NCBI GenBank assembly: GCA_958436475.1
Contig: CAUBKG010000001.1
Span: forward strand, 18,069 to 82,068
Source: an uncultured Clostridia bacterium
GTDB lineage: Bacteria; Bacillota; Clostridia; Oscillospirales; Acutalibacteraceae
Reading direction: 5' to 3'
Length of the DNA: 64,000 bases
The translations under genes were made by a program, and so were the position numbers. Below, one piece after another: positions 9,626 through 19,402 of this stretch; the first letter of the stretch is position 1; each line of letters starts with the position of its first letter. Below the pieces are notes generated by a model. That model was not told the DNA's origin. It ran no database searches and worked only from the letters and a program-made list of their open reading frames with translations.

Positions 9626-12253
9626 TCATTTGAGCATACCGGCGACGATTGCTTCCGCCGCCGAAAGCGCTTCGCTTCGCTTGGAGACATCCTTTCCGCC
9701 GGCCATAGCGCTGTCCGCCCGGCCGCCGCCGCTGCCCCCTGCTATTTTAGCCACCTCGCGGACGATATTGCCCGCGTGCGCGCCCGCCGCCACGGCTTCT
9801 TTCCCGCAGGAGCAGGCAAAGGTCAGCTTACCGCCTGCGGATACTGCCGCCAGAGTAACGATATCGTTAGCCTTCTCTCTGGCCGCGTCGCAGATCCTGC
9901 GGGCGGCTTCGGGCTTTGCATCGTCGAGCGCTATGGCAACCAGTTTCACTTTACCGATTTGCTTTGCGTTTTGAAGTAGAGAATTTATTTCCGCAGAGGC
10001 GATTTTGCTGTTAAGGGAATCTACTTCCCTCTCGAGCTTTTTCACTTCGGCGGTGAGCGACGCCGCACGCGAGGGGAGCTCCTCTTTGTTCTGCACCTTT
10101 AAGGCGGAGGCTGTTTCTGAAAGGAGCGCCTGCTCCTGCTGGATGAATTCCAGCACACCCGCGCCCGTAATCGCTTCCACACGGCGTACGCCCGCGGCCA
10201 CAGAGGATTCCGAAAGGATTTGGAAAAGGCCGAGCTTGGCCGTGTTATCCACGTGAGTGCCTCCGCACAGCTCCATGGAAACGCCCGGCACGCCGACTAC
10301 GCGGACGACGTCTCCGTACTTTTCCCCAAACAGGGCCATCGCCCCCCGTTTGCGCGCCTCTTCAATGGGCATCTCCTCGGTTTCCACCGGCAGTGCAGCA
10401 AGGATATTTTTATTGACCTCCGCTTCGATTGCGCGGAGTTCGTCCTCCGCCAGCGCGGAGAAATGCGTAAAATCGAAACGCATGCGTTCGGCGGTGACGA
10501 GCTGCCCCGCCTGCTCCACATGGGTGCCGAGCGTTTTACGCAGGGCCGCCTGCAGAAGATGCGCCGCCGTATGGTTGCGGCGGGCGGCATTTCGCCGGGA
10601 AACGTCGATTTTAGCAGTAACATTTTCTCCCGCACGGAAAGCGCCGGAGACTACCGTTCCCGTGTGCAGGAATACGCCGGTGGGCGTTTTGGTGGTATCG
10701 GTTACTTCAAACACGGCCCCGCCGCAGGAAATGATGCCTTTATCCCCCGCCTGTCCGCCGCTTTCCGCATAGAAGGGAGATTCCTCAAGCACCAGAACGG
10801 CCTGCGCGCCGGCAGACGCTCCCGAAGCCTCTTCCCCGCCGGTCAGAATTTGGAGGATCCGGGTTTCAGTCTCGTTTTCCGTATAGCCCGTAAACCGGGT
10901 GGCCGGGCAATCCTTCAGCGCGTTGCCGCCGCCCGCCCAGGCTTCTTTCGCCGCGCTCTCGCGGGAATTGCGCGCGCGCTCTTTTTGCTCCCGCATCAGA
11001 CGTTCAAAGGTATCTTCATCAATCGAAATACCCTTTTCGTCCAGAATCTCGCGGGTCAGGTCGATGGGAAATCCATACGTATCATAAAGCTTGAAGGCAT
11101 TTTCGCCGGAAAGCTGGGTCATGCCATCTTCCATCATGTCGGAAAGGAGGCTGAGGCCCTTATCGATCGTTTTCTCAAAGTTTTCTTCTTCGGTGGTGAG
11201 CAGCTTTTTAATAAAATCTTTCTTCGAAACCAGCTCTGGATAGGCACTTTTGTTTTCCTCGATAACCGTATCGCACACTTCCGAAAGGAACGGACGGTGG
11301 ATGCCGAGCAGGCGGCCGTGCCGTGCGGCGCGGCGGAGCAGGCGGCGGAGCACATAGCCCCTTCCCTCGTTGGAGGGCATTACCCCATCTGCAATCATGA
11401 AGGTGGTGCTGCGGATATGGTCGGTGATGACGCGCAGGGAAACGTCTGTTTTTTCGTCTTTCCCATAGGTAACGCCTGCAATGCGGGAGATATGCTTCAT
11501 GATGTTCTGAACCGTATCCACTTCAAACAGGTTGTTTACCCCCTGCATGATGCAGGCGAGGCGCTCGAGGCCCATGCCGGTATCAATGTTCGGATGGTCG
11601 AGGGGGGTATAGTTGTTTTTTCCGTCGTTTTCAAACTGGGTGAACACGAGATTCCAGAATTCCACGAACCGGTCGCAGTCGCACCCCACGGCGCAGTCCG
11701 GCTTGCCGCAGCCGTGCTCCGGGCCGCGGTCGAAATAAAGCTCCGAGCAGGGGCCGCAGGGCCCCATGCCGTGCTCCCAGAAATTATCTTCCTTTCCGAG
11801 GCGGACGATATGGTCGGCCTTTACGCCTACCTCTTTCGTCCAGATTGCAAAGGCTTCGTCGTCGTCCTGATAAATGGAAACCCAGATGTTGTCTACCGGC
11901 AGCTCCAGCACCTTCGTGCAGAATTCCCACGCCCACGCGGTTGCCTCGTGCTTGAAATAATCGCCGAACGAGAAGTTGCCGAGCATTTCAAAATAGGTGC
12001 CGTGGCGCGCTGTTTTGCCCACGCGCTCGATATCGGGCGTGCGGATGCATTTCTGGCAGGTGGTCACCCGCTTGCGGGGCGGCGTGATCTCCCCGGTGAA
12101 ATATTTTTTCATCGGCGCCATGCCGGAATTGATGAGCAGGAGGCTGTTATCGTTCTGCGGGATGAGCGGGAAGCTCGGCAGGCGAAGGTGCCCCTTGGAT
12201 TCAAAAAAGCTCAGGTATTTTTCGCGAAGTTCGTTGAGGCCTGTCCATTTCAT
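9626..12253 (-). CDS. alaS: alanine--tRNA ligase
   Basis: 875 aa with class II aaRS motifs, an editing-domain HxxxH/CxxxH region and a C-terminal DHHA1 domain. Preceded by a T-box leader. Confidence 0.95.
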   Translation of the reverse strand: MKWTGLNELREKYLSFFESKGHLRLPSFPLIPQNDNSLLLINSGMAPMKKYFTGEITPPRKRVTTCQKCIRTPDIERVGKTARHGTYFEMLGNFSFGDYFKHEATAWAWEFCTKVLELPVDNIWVSIYQDDDEAFAIWTKEVGVKADHIVRLGKEDNFWEHGMGPCGPCSELYFDRGPEHGCGKPDCAVGCDCDRFVEFWNLVFTQFENDGKNNYTPLDHPNIDTGMGLERLACIMQGVNNLFEVDTVQNIMKHISRIAGVTYGKDEKTDVSLRVITDHIRSTTFMIADGVMPSNEGRGYVLRRLLRRAARHGRLLGIHRPFLSEVCDTVIEENKSAYPELVSKKDFIKKLLTTEEENFEKTIDKGLSLLSDMMEDGMTQLSGENAFKLYDTYGFPIDLTREILDEKGISIDEDTFERLMREQKERARNSRESAAKEAWAGGGNALKDCPATRFTGYTENETETRILQILTGGEEASGASAGAQAVLVLEESPFYAESGGQAGDKGIISCGGAVFEVTDTTKTPTGVFLHTGTVVSGAFRAGENVTAKIDVSRRNAARRNHTAAHLLQAALRKTLGTHVEQAGQLVTAERMRFDFTHFSALAEDELRAIEAEVNKNILAALPVETEEMPIEEARKRGAMALFGEKYGDVVRVVGVPGVSMELCGGTHVDNTAKLGLFQILSESSVAAGVRRVEAITGAGVLEFIQQEQALLSETASALKVQNKEELPSRAASLTAEVKKLEREVDSLNSKIASAEINSLLQNAKQIGKVKLVAIALDDAKPEAARRICDAAREKANDIVTLAAVSAGGKLTFACSCGKEAVAAGAHAGNIVREVAKIAGGSGGGRADSAMAGGKDVSKRSEALSAAEAIVAGMLK

Positions 12254-12261
12254 ACACAGAT

Positions 12262-12528
12262 TTCTCCTTCAAAAAAGATAAAAATGCCTCCGCCTCCAAA
12301 ACTATGGGACGAAAGCATTCCGCGGTACCACCCAAATTGCACATGACGTGCCACTTTAAGCCCTTTAACGCAGGGATACGCCGCCGCTCCTCACGGCAGA
12401 GCTGCAGGATGGCCCTCCTTACCCGTTTCGGCGGCCGCCTCGCAGCAGACCGGCAGCCCTCTCTGGCGCCGCTGGAAAAGGATTTGCCCTGCAATTGCTT
12501 TTTGCAGTTTAAAAACCAAAAGTTATAT
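12262..12528 (-). promoter_or_regulatory. T-box leader (tRNA-sensing riboswitch) for alaS
   Basis: The minus-strand sequence AATTTGGGTGGTACCGCGG (plus-strand 12321-12338) matches the T-box consensus AAnnnGGGUGGnACCGCG. It sits about 60 nt upstream of the alaS ATG in the same orientation. Confidence 0.75.
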
Positions 12529-12530
12529 TT

Positions 12531-12560
12531 ATTATAATCCATCTATGGGATAATTGTCAA
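12531..12560 (-). promoter_or_regulatory. sigma-A type promoter for the T-box/alaS transcript
   Basis: Minus strand TTGACA-N18-TATAAT (TTGACAattatcccatagatggatTATAAT). Confidence 0.5.
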
Positions 12561-12567
12561 CCGGTCC

Positions 12568-13827
12568 TTACACGCCGAGAAGGCCTTTTTCCAGCATGGA
12601 CTGAGCCGCCAGCAGCACGCCCATTTTTGCGCTGTAAAAATTGATGCCTCCCTGCATCCAGGCGGCATAGGGCGGGCGCAGGGGTGCATCCGCCGACAGC
12701 TCCACCGACGCGCCGAGCGTAAACGCCCCCGCCGCCATGATGACCTGGCTGTCGTACCCCGGCATGTCCCACGGCTCGGGGGTTACAAAGGAATCGACCG
12801 GCGCGCCCTTCTGCATGCCTTGGCAGAAGGCGATCAGCGATTCCTCGTTTCCGAGCGTTACGGTCTGGATGATATCCGCGCGCGCCTCCCGGCAATTGGG
12901 GCTGACGGGAAAGCCGAACTGCTCAAAGAGAGCGGCGGCAAATGCAGCGGTTTTGAGCGCTTCGCCCGTGACCACAGGCGCACTGAAGATGCCCATATAA
13001 AGCTCACGGCTGTGCCCGAGCGTGCATCCAACTTCCCGGCCGGTGGCGGGGGTGGTGAGCCGGCAGGCGCACTGTTCCACATATTTATGTTTGCCCGCAA
13101 TATACCCGCCGGTGGGCGCGATGCCGCCACCGGGATTTTTGATGAGGGATCCGATGATGACATCCGCTCCCGCCTCTGTGGGTTCCGCTTTTTCCACGAA
13201 CTCGCCATAACAGTTATCCACGACAAACAGGGTTTTGGGGGATATCCTTTTTACGATTTTTGCAATCTTCCCGAGCTCCGAAACGAACAGGGACGGACGG
13301 GTGTTATACCCGCGGGAACGCTGCGCATATACCATGCGCACCGGATTTTCAGACAGGTATTCTTCTATAGCGGCATAATCCACGTGCCCTTCTGCATCCA
13401 GCTCTATCTGGTCGTATTGAATGCCGAATTCCCGCAGGGAACCGCTGGCGGGCTTTATGCCGATCACGCCGTGCAGCGTATCATACGGCGTACCGGTCAC
13501 GCACAGCATGGTGTCTCCCGGGCGGAGCAGTCCGAAGAGGGCCACGGTAATGGCATGGGTGCCCGAAACGAAATTGTGGCGCACGAGTGCATCCTCCGCA
13601 CCGGCAGCTTCGGCAAACACGCGGTCCAGCGTATCCCTGCCGCGGTCGTCATATCCATAGCCGGTGGTGCCGGCAAAATGCGATTCGCTCACGCCGTTAT
13701 GGATAAACGCCGCGAGCATTTTCTGCTGGTTATATTCCGTATTTTCTTCGATGCGTGCAAAGGCTTCCACGCAGGATTCCATCGCCGCGGCAGAGGCGGA
13801 TTCGATCTTAGGGTCCAGATGAAACAT
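12568..13827 (-). CDS. PLP-dependent Cys/Met-metabolism family protein (YnbB / aluminium-resistance-protein family)
   Basis: About 420 aa with the fold-type I PLP enzyme pattern typical of YnbB homologs. Confidence 0.7.
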   Translation of the reverse strand: MFHLDPKIESASAAAMESCVEAFARIEENTEYNQQKMLAAFIHNGVSESHFAGTTGYGYDDRGRDTLDRVFAEAAGAEDALVRHNFVSGTHAITVALFGLLRPGDTMLCVTGTPYDTLHGVIGIKPASGSLREFGIQYDQIELDAEGHVDYAAIEEYLSENPVRMVYAQRSRGYNTRPSLFVSELGKIAKIVKRISPKTLFVVDNCYGEFVEKAEPTEAGADVIIGSLIKNPGGGIAPTGGYIAGKHKYVEQCACRLTTPATGREVGCTLGHSRELYMGIFSAPVVTGEALKTAAFAAALFEQFGFPVSPNCREARADIIQTVTLGNEESLIAFCQGMQKGAPVDSFVTPEPWDMPGYDSQVIMAAGAFTLGASVELSADAPLRPPYAAWMQGGINFYSAKMGVLLAAQSMLEKGLLGV

Positions 13828-13863
13828 GAGTTTCCTCCCGAATATGTAAAAATCTAAAATGTT

Positions 13864-14598
13864 TTATGTAAGAACGGCCCAGGCTCCCACTTCCCGGAAG
13901 CCGAGCGGCAGATAAAAGGGCAGCAGTTTTCGTTCGCAGAAAAGAAAGATGGTTTCTCCCGATTCGCATATCCGTTTCATCAGCCGGGATGCACCTCCCC
14001 GGCCCCGGCAGGCTGGCACCGTTGCGGCACCGGATAAAATCGCCCCTTCCGCGGTACAGACGGTCAGCAGCGCGCAGGAGGTTTGTTCTTTGGAAAGGAA
14101 GGCGCGCGCCGCGCCGTGGCGGATGCGGTGAGACATGTCCACATACCAGTCCTCAAAGGGCGGCAGATGGGGGAACTCCTCCCTGCACGCGGACAGTACA
14201 CGGTAAACTTCAGACAGCGGCGGATTTTCTCCCGAAAAGCCCAGCCCGCCTCCCGGATGGCACAGAACGGCCCCCTCATCGAGAGCTTTTTTATGAAAAG
14301 CCCCGGCAAGCTCACTTCGCACAAAGAGATACCGGCCCATCATCCGGCAAAAAACGCCGAGTTCATGAAAATCGGCGTTTTCTTCCGCTTCCAGCGTGAC
14401 GGTATCTCCTATGCGGGAAAGTACGGCGGTCACTTTTTCGCCGCGGGTCTGCACCCAAACGGGCAGAAAATCCTGCCGGAGGCCATAGGCCGAAACCTCT
14501 CCCCATATCTTGAGGCCGAAGGGAGACCGCTTTGCCAGCCGCTGAAGATAAGGCAGATCCGCTTCCTTTGCCTGCTTAATCATGGGAAAGCACTTCAT
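13864..14598 (-). CDS. GNAT family N-acetyltransferase
   Basis: C-terminal acetyl-CoA binding motif CRGRGGASRLM. The start is uncertain (ATG at 14598 or 14583), and neither candidate has a strong RBS. Confidence 0.5.
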   Translation of the reverse strand: MKCFPMIKQAKEADLPYLQRLAKRSPFGLKIWGEVSAYGLRQDFLPVWVQTRGEKVTAVLSRIGDTVTLEAEENADFHELGVFCRMMGRYLFVRSELAGAFHKKALDEGAVLCHPGGGLGFSGENPPLSEVYRVLSACREEFPHLPPFEDWYVDMSHRIRHGAARAFLSKEQTSCALLTVCTAEGAILSGAATVPACRGRGGASRLMKRICESGETIFLFCERKLLPFYLPLGFREVGAWAVLT

Positions 14599-15586
14599 TA
14601 GCCGCCGCTATGGTGAGGCTTTCCATCGCAAACAGGTCCTCTTTTGCAATTACGCATACAGCGGAATGCAGATAGCGGCAGGGCATGGAAATGGCGGCTG
14701 TGCGCACACCCTCGCGCGATTTGTGGATTTCTCCCGCATCGTTTCCACCCGATGTGGCGGCCTTGGGCTGGCAGGGGATGCTTTTGCGGCCTGCCACACG
14801 GAAAAGGTCTTCATATAGGCCCCGGTCGTATACCGTCCGCCCGTCCATAAAGGAAATGGCGGGGCCGCACCGAAGGCGGCACACCTGCTTTTGTTCGGGG
14901 ACGCCCGGCAGGTCGGCCGCGGTGGTCGCTTCCAGAACGAAAGCGATATCCGGCGCCGCTCCAAAGGCGGCAGCCGCCGCTCCGCGGCAGCCGACCTCCT
15001 CCTGCACGGTAAAGGCGGCGGTGAAATCATATTCTATTTTGCCGGAGCGGATGATATCCAGCAGCACGGCGCAGCCGGCTTTATCGTCCAATGCGCGGGC
15101 CTTGATGCAGCCGTCGCCGAATTCCAAAAATCCGCTTTCAAACACGGCTGTGTCCCCGAGGGAAACCAGCTTTTCCGCATTCTTCTTGTTTTTTGCCCCG
15201 ATATCGATGACGAGGGAATCGGTTCTTGGATATTCCTTTCGTTCCTCCGGGCTCTTCAAGTGAATGGGTTTGCAGCCGATGACCCCTGTGAGTGGGCCGA
15301 GCTGCACCCGCCGCCCTACGATGGCTTCCGGCAGGATGCCTCCCACACAGGTAAAGGTGAGGTACCCTTCTTCTGTGGTCCCGGTCACGATAAAACCGAC
15401 CTCATCCATATGTGCGGCGAGCATCAGCCTGCAGGCGGGAGCCTTTTTTCCCTTCACGGAAACAAGCAGATTGCCCATGCGGTCTATTGTATAAGGCATG
15501 CCCTCCGGCAGGCGGGAAAGGATATATTCCCGCATTTCTTCCTCACTGCCGGAAGGTGATGGGATCGAGCACATTTCTTTTAACAT
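14576..15586 (-). CDS. M42 family metallo-aminopeptidase (FrvX/YsdC-like)
   Basis: HMDEVGFIV motif and M42 architecture. The track start at 15628 is TTG. I prefer the ATG at 15586, which has a GGAGGGG RBS and sits 1 nt after the upstream paralog's stop. Confidence 0.78.
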   Translation of the reverse strand: MLKEMCSIPSPSGSEEEMREYILSRLPEGMPYTIDRMGNLLVSVKGKKAPACRLMLAAHMDEVGFIVTGTTEEGYLTFTCVGGILPEAIVGRRVQLGPLTGVIGCKPIHLKSPEERKEYPRTDSLVIDIGAKNKKNAEKLVSLGDTAVFESGFLEFGDGCIKARALDDKAGCAVLLDIIRSGKIEYDFTAAFTVQEEVGCRGAAAAAFGAAPDIAFVLEATTAADLPGVPEQKQVCRLRCGPAISFMDGRTVYDRGLYEDLFRVAGRKSIPCQPKAATSGGNDAGEIHKSREGVRTAAISMPCRYLHSAVCVIAKEDLFAMESLTIAAANEVLSHD

Positions 15587-15587
15587 T

Positions 15588-16604
15588 TTAAGCACAGCAT
15601 TCCCCTCCATTCCGGATATAGGAAGCAATCAGCTCCGCGGTTTTTTCCACATCCCCCAGATGGATGATTTCAGCCGGGGTATGCATGTTGCGCAGCGGGA
15701 TGGAAAGCATAGCGGTTCTGACGCCTTCGCGCGAGTTGGAGATCACGTCCGCATTGGTGCCGCATTCGCCGCCCATCACTTCGAGCTGATGGGGAATGCC
15801 GTCCTTTTGGGCGAGCCTTTGAAGCGCCTTGGTCATATCCCGGTCGAGAATCGGGGAAATCCCGATCATGGGGCCCTCTCCCAGCACGCCGCATTTGGTT
15901 TTGGGTGTGTCCGGCGAATCGCCGAAGCTCACATCCACGCAGATGCATGCTTCCGGCTTCAGGCCGAAGGCGGCGGTAACCGCTCCCCGGCAGCCAAGCT
16001 CTTCCCCGCTGCTGAGAAGAATCGCCACGGTAAAGGGAAGCTTTTCTCCCGCAAGACTTTCCGCGGCCAGCAGAAGAGAAGCCACCCCCGCGCGGTTATC
16101 GAGCGCCGGCGCGGTGAACCGGCTGTTTTTCATTTTTCTGCCCGGCAGGGCAAAGGAAATAAAATCGCCCTCTGAAATAAGTGCCTTGGCCTGCTTCTCA
16201 GAAAGGCCGGTATCCACTATAAAATCGCCGATATCCGGTACCTTTTTATCATCGGATGCGAGATGGGGCGGCTGAATCGCCACTACGCCCCGCAGGGGCT
16301 CTTTTCCCCATATCATGACCTCCTGGCCCGATATGACCGAAAGGTCTGCCCCGCCGGACTTTGCCACGCGCAGGAAGCCCTTTTCATCGATATGGGTCAC
16401 CACGAACCCGACCTGGTCGATGTGGGCGTCTAAGAGCAGGGTATGGTCCGAAGCGCCGGGAAGGAGAGCAATGATGTTCCCGGAAACGTCCCGTTTGACC
16501 GTCCCCCGCATGGAAAGAAACGAATATGCGAAATCCTCAGCGAAAAAACGCGTTTTGCACGAATCTTGAAATGAGAGCGATTCCAGCAGCTTTGCCGTAT
16601 TCAT
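15588..16604 (-). CDS. M42 family metallo-aminopeptidase (second, tandem paralog)
   Basis: HIDQVGFVV motif and an AAAGGAG RBS. Confidence 0.8.
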   Translation of the reverse strand: MNTAKLLESLSFQDSCKTRFFAEDFAYSFLSMRGTVKRDVSGNIIALLPGASDHTLLLDAHIDQVGFVVTHIDEKGFLRVAKSGGADLSVISGQEVMIWGKEPLRGVVAIQPPHLASDDKKVPDIGDFIVDTGLSEKQAKALISEGDFISFALPGRKMKNSRFTAPALDNRAGVASLLLAAESLAGEKLPFTVAILLSSGEELGCRGAVTAAFGLKPEACICVDVSFGDSPDTPKTKCGVLGEGPMIGISPILDRDMTKALQRLAQKDGIPHQLEVMGGECGTNADVISNSREGVRTAMLSIPLRNMHTPAEIIHLGDVEKTAELIASYIRNGGECCA

Positions 16605-16619
16605 ATGATCTGCTCCTTT

Positions 16620-18014
16620 TTATGAAAGGGAATTTACGATTTCCTTATAATGCCTGCCGCGCGCTTCGAAGTTCGGGTAGCGGTCGAAGCTGGCGCACGC
16701 GGGGCTGAGGGACACAACGTCGCCGCCTCCCGCGCTTTCCCTCGCCTTTTGAACGGCCTCCTCCATCGTTTCCGCGTGGAGGATCGTTAAGGCTTCCGGC
16801 GTATAATCCGGGCTTTTTCGGATGGTCTCTTCTATTTTCTGCGCGGTGTCTCCGGTGAGAACCAGTACCTTGACCCGTTCGAGGAGCACCGGGACCAGCG
16901 GTTCAAAGGGGATGTGCTTATCATACCCGCCCGCGATGATAATCATCTTCTGACGGAAGGAACGCAGGCCTGCAATGGTCCTCGTGGGGCTGGTGGCGAT
17001 GGAATCGTTATAATATTTGACCCCATCCAGCTCGCGGACGAATTCGATGCGGTGCTCTACCCCGCCGAACTCCCTCGCAACTTTTATAATTGTTTCGGAG
17101 GAAACATATCCCCACACTGCGCTGATGGCGGCGAGATAATTTTCCACGTTGTGCGTGCCGGGAATTCGGATCGTTTCCTGCGGCATGATTTCGCTGGTGC
17201 GTCCGTTTTCGTTATAGCAGATGATTCCCTGCGCATTCAGATAAGCACCGTTTTCGGGCGCCTGCTTCCGGCTGAAGAAAACGGCCTGGCCGCGCACCTC
17301 TTCCAAAAAAGCGGCGGTGATATCGTTATCCAGATTGAGCACGGTGCGGGAAAAAGCGTTCTGGTGCAGGAAAATATTTTTCTTTGCATCGATATATTCC
17401 TGCATATCCTTATGCATATCGAGGTGGTTGGGAGCGACATTGGTAACTACGGCGACCTTCGGGCTTTTCCGCATGGAAATGAGCTGAAAGCTGGAAAGCT
17501 CCACCACGGCAAAATCCTCCGGCCTGATTTTTTCGATCTCCGGCAGGAGCGCGCGGCCGATGTTGCCGCCGAGATGCACGGTTTTCCCTTCCGCGCGGAG
17601 CATTTCTGCGATTACGGAGGTGGTGGTGGTTTTGCCGTCCGACCCTGTTACGGCAATAACGGGCGCCGGGCAAAGGTCAAAAAACAGCTCCATTTCGGAG
17701 GTGACGGCAACGCCCATCCGGCGTGCCTCCTCCAGCTCCGGCAGGTGGTATTTCATGCCGGGCGTGCGCAGAATAAAATCAAAATCCGTGAGGTTTTCAA
17801 GATAACGCTCTCCCAGCCGAAAGGCGACACCCTTGCCGGAAAGCTCCTCATAGGCGTCTTTCAGCGCATCCTTTTCCCTGCGGTCGAGCACGGTGACCTT
17901 CGCTCCCTTTTCCGCCAGAATTCCCGCGAGACGGCGATGGCTCACTCCCACGCCGACCAGAGCCGCCCTTTTTCCTTTTATCTCATCAAAAAAGCTTTTT
18001 ACCCTACTATCCAT
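16620..18014 (-). CDS. murD: UDP-N-acetylmuramoylalanine--D-glutamate ligase
   Basis: Mur ligase motifs (GSDGKTTT, NIG). The real start is the ATG at 18014 (MDSRVKSFFD) with an AGGAGG RBS. The track's extension to 18332 runs into the RNase P RNA gene and is spurious. Confidence 0.85.
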   Translation of the reverse strand: MDSRVKSFFDEIKGKRAALVGVGVSHRRLAGILAEKGAKVTVLDRREKDALKDAYEELSGKGVAFRLGERYLENLTDFDFILRTPGMKYHLPELEEARRMGVAVTSEMELFFDLCPAPVIAVTGSDGKTTTTSVIAEMLRAEGKTVHLGGNIGRALLPEIEKIRPEDFAVVELSSFQLISMRKSPKVAVVTNVAPNHLDMHKDMQEYIDAKKNIFLHQNAFSRTVLNLDNDITAAFLEEVRGQAVFFSRKQAPENGAYLNAQGIICYNENGRTSEIMPQETIRIPGTHNVENYLAAISAVWGYVSSETIIKVAREFGGVEHRIEFVRELDGVKYYNDSIATSPTRTIAGLRSFRQKMIIIAGGYDKHIPFEPLVPVLLERVKVLVLTGDTAQKIEETIRKSPDYTPEALTILHAETMEEAVQKARESAGGGDVVSLSPACASFDRYPNFEARGRHYKEIVNSLS

Positions 18015-18101
18015 ACGTTGGAAAAGCCTCCTATCGTTTAATGTGCATTCACAAATAATTATTATACGTTTCCCGCCGGAAAATAGCAAATTTTTTTCCA
18101 T

Positions 18102-18130
18102 TTGACGCCCCGCCGAAAATACGTTAAAAT
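18102..18130 (+). promoter_or_regulatory. promoter of rnpB
   Basis: TTGACG-N17-TAAAAT immediately upstream of the RNase P RNA 5' end. Confidence 0.5.
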
Positions 18131-18135
18131 ATGAG

Positions 18136-18470
18136 TGAGCAGACCGGGCAATCGCGCGCGGGTTTCCGTGTGAGGAAAGTCCGAGCTCCGCAGGGCGAGG
18201 ATAACGGCTAACGGCCGCCGAGGGCGACCTCAGGGAAAGTGCAACAGAGATATACCGCCGGCATTTTGCCGGTAAGGGTGGAAAGGCGAGGTAAGAGCTC
18301 ACCAGCGTGCGGGAGACCGCATGGCTCTGCAAACCCTATCCGGAGCAACACCGACCGAAGGCGATACGTCTGCCCGACGTGCCTTTAACAGGTGGCTGGA
18401 GCTGCGCGGCAACGCGCAGCCAAGATAGATGATTGTCTATAACAGAACTCGGCTTACAGGTCTGGTCATT
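18136..18470 (+). ncRNA. rnpB: RNase P RNA, bacterial type A
   Basis: Type A signature blocks are all present: GAGGAAAGUCCGAGCUCC, GGGAAAGUGCAACAGAGA, GGUAAGGGUGGAAAGG, GGUAAGAGC and a 3' ACAGAACUCGGCUUACAGG. The P1 helix pairs GAGCAGACC with GGUCUGGUC. Confidence 0.9.
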
Positions 18471-18475
18471 TTGCA

Positions 18476-18522
18476 AGAAAAACGTGTTTTAGCGCAAGCC
18501 GCCGAAACACGTTTTTCTTTTT
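18476..18522 (+). terminator. intrinsic terminator of rnpB
   Basis: GAAAAACGTGTTTT...AAACACGTTTTTC hairpin followed by TTTTTTG. Confidence 0.6.
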
Positions 18523-18620
18523 TGCAGCTCTGTTTTTCGTCAGAAAAAATCCCGGCGGAGAAAAAGCGCCCTGCGGCGGGCCTCGATTTTCTCACAGCCG
18601 GGATCAAAAAATCTTCTGTT

Positions 18621-19307
18621 TTATCTGCCGGCTGCGGCGCGGCAGAGCACATATTTGGAATTGGCCTGCGCCTCGCGGCAGCCAAGCTGGATGAGCTCGC
18701 GGATATGATCGGGCAGAAAGCCGTCGTACTTGACTTCCATGATGAGGACGCCCTGCGGAAACACTGCCACACGCGGCTGTTTTGCATCGAACAGGCCGGT
18801 TTTCGATACGGGCGCCATCAGGTTTTTATCGAAGGTGACGCGCACATTGCCCGCGTAGCTGATGAACGCCTCGCGGTCGTAGTCTACGAGCTGGGTGGGC
18901 AGAAGGCGTTTTATATTGCAGTCTGCAATGAACTTCTGGAGCAGGGGTTCTTCCCTGCCGTACAGCACGGTATGGTCCCCCGCGAGCAGCGCCTCGCATT
19001 CCCGGCGCGTGAGCGGAGCCGAAAGCTTTCGCACCGCGTTCCCGTGCTTCTGCTTACATTCGAATTTGATGACGTCCGGTGAGTTGTTATAGATGCGGAT
19101 GCGGTATTTTTCCCGTTCCTCCACGCCGTCTATTTTATCGGTCAGCGCGGAGTCCTTGATATCGTCAAAATACAGGCTGCGGATGAAATAGTCCTCTCCC
19201 GGCGTGTTTTTATCCTTCTGAAGCACGCCGTTCAGGCGGCTGCGAATTACGAGATGGTCCTGTTCGTTGATGAGATATTTGTATTCATGGCGGAATCCTT
19301 CTGGCAT
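18621..19307 (-). CDS. VTC-domain (CYTH-like polyphosphate-polymerase-domain) protein
   Basis: N-terminal EYKYLI pattern and a size typical of bacterial VTC-domain proteins. Confidence 0.55.
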   Translation of the reverse strand: MPEGFRHEYKYLINEQDHLVIRSRLNGVLQKDKNTPGEDYFIRSLYFDDIKDSALTDKIDGVEEREKYRIRIYNNSPDVIKFECKQKHGNAVRKLSAPLTRRECEALLAGDHTVLYGREEPLLQKFIADCNIKRLLPTQLVDYDREAFISYAGNVRVTFDKNLMAPVSKTGLFDAKQPRVAVFPQGVLIMEVKYDGFLPDHIRELIQLGCREAQANSKYVLCRAAAGR

Positions 19308-19402
19308 TTTCAGTCACTTCCCGTATCAAAAACGCTTTTGCCGTGTAATGCTTTCATTATACACGATTCCGGCCGGTTTTTCTTCTCTTTTCCGCAAAAT
19401 TT

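Noticed and set aside
10220-12346. 708-aa plus-strand ORF
   Set aside because: Lies entirely antisense to alaS in high-GC DNA. R/G/A-rich low-complexity translation with no motifs, so a spurious open frame.
18015-18332. N-terminal 106-codon extension of murD in the ORF track
   Set aside because: The extension overlaps the RNase P RNA gene and its promoter. A conserved MurD N-terminus with an AGGAGG RBS begins at 18014.
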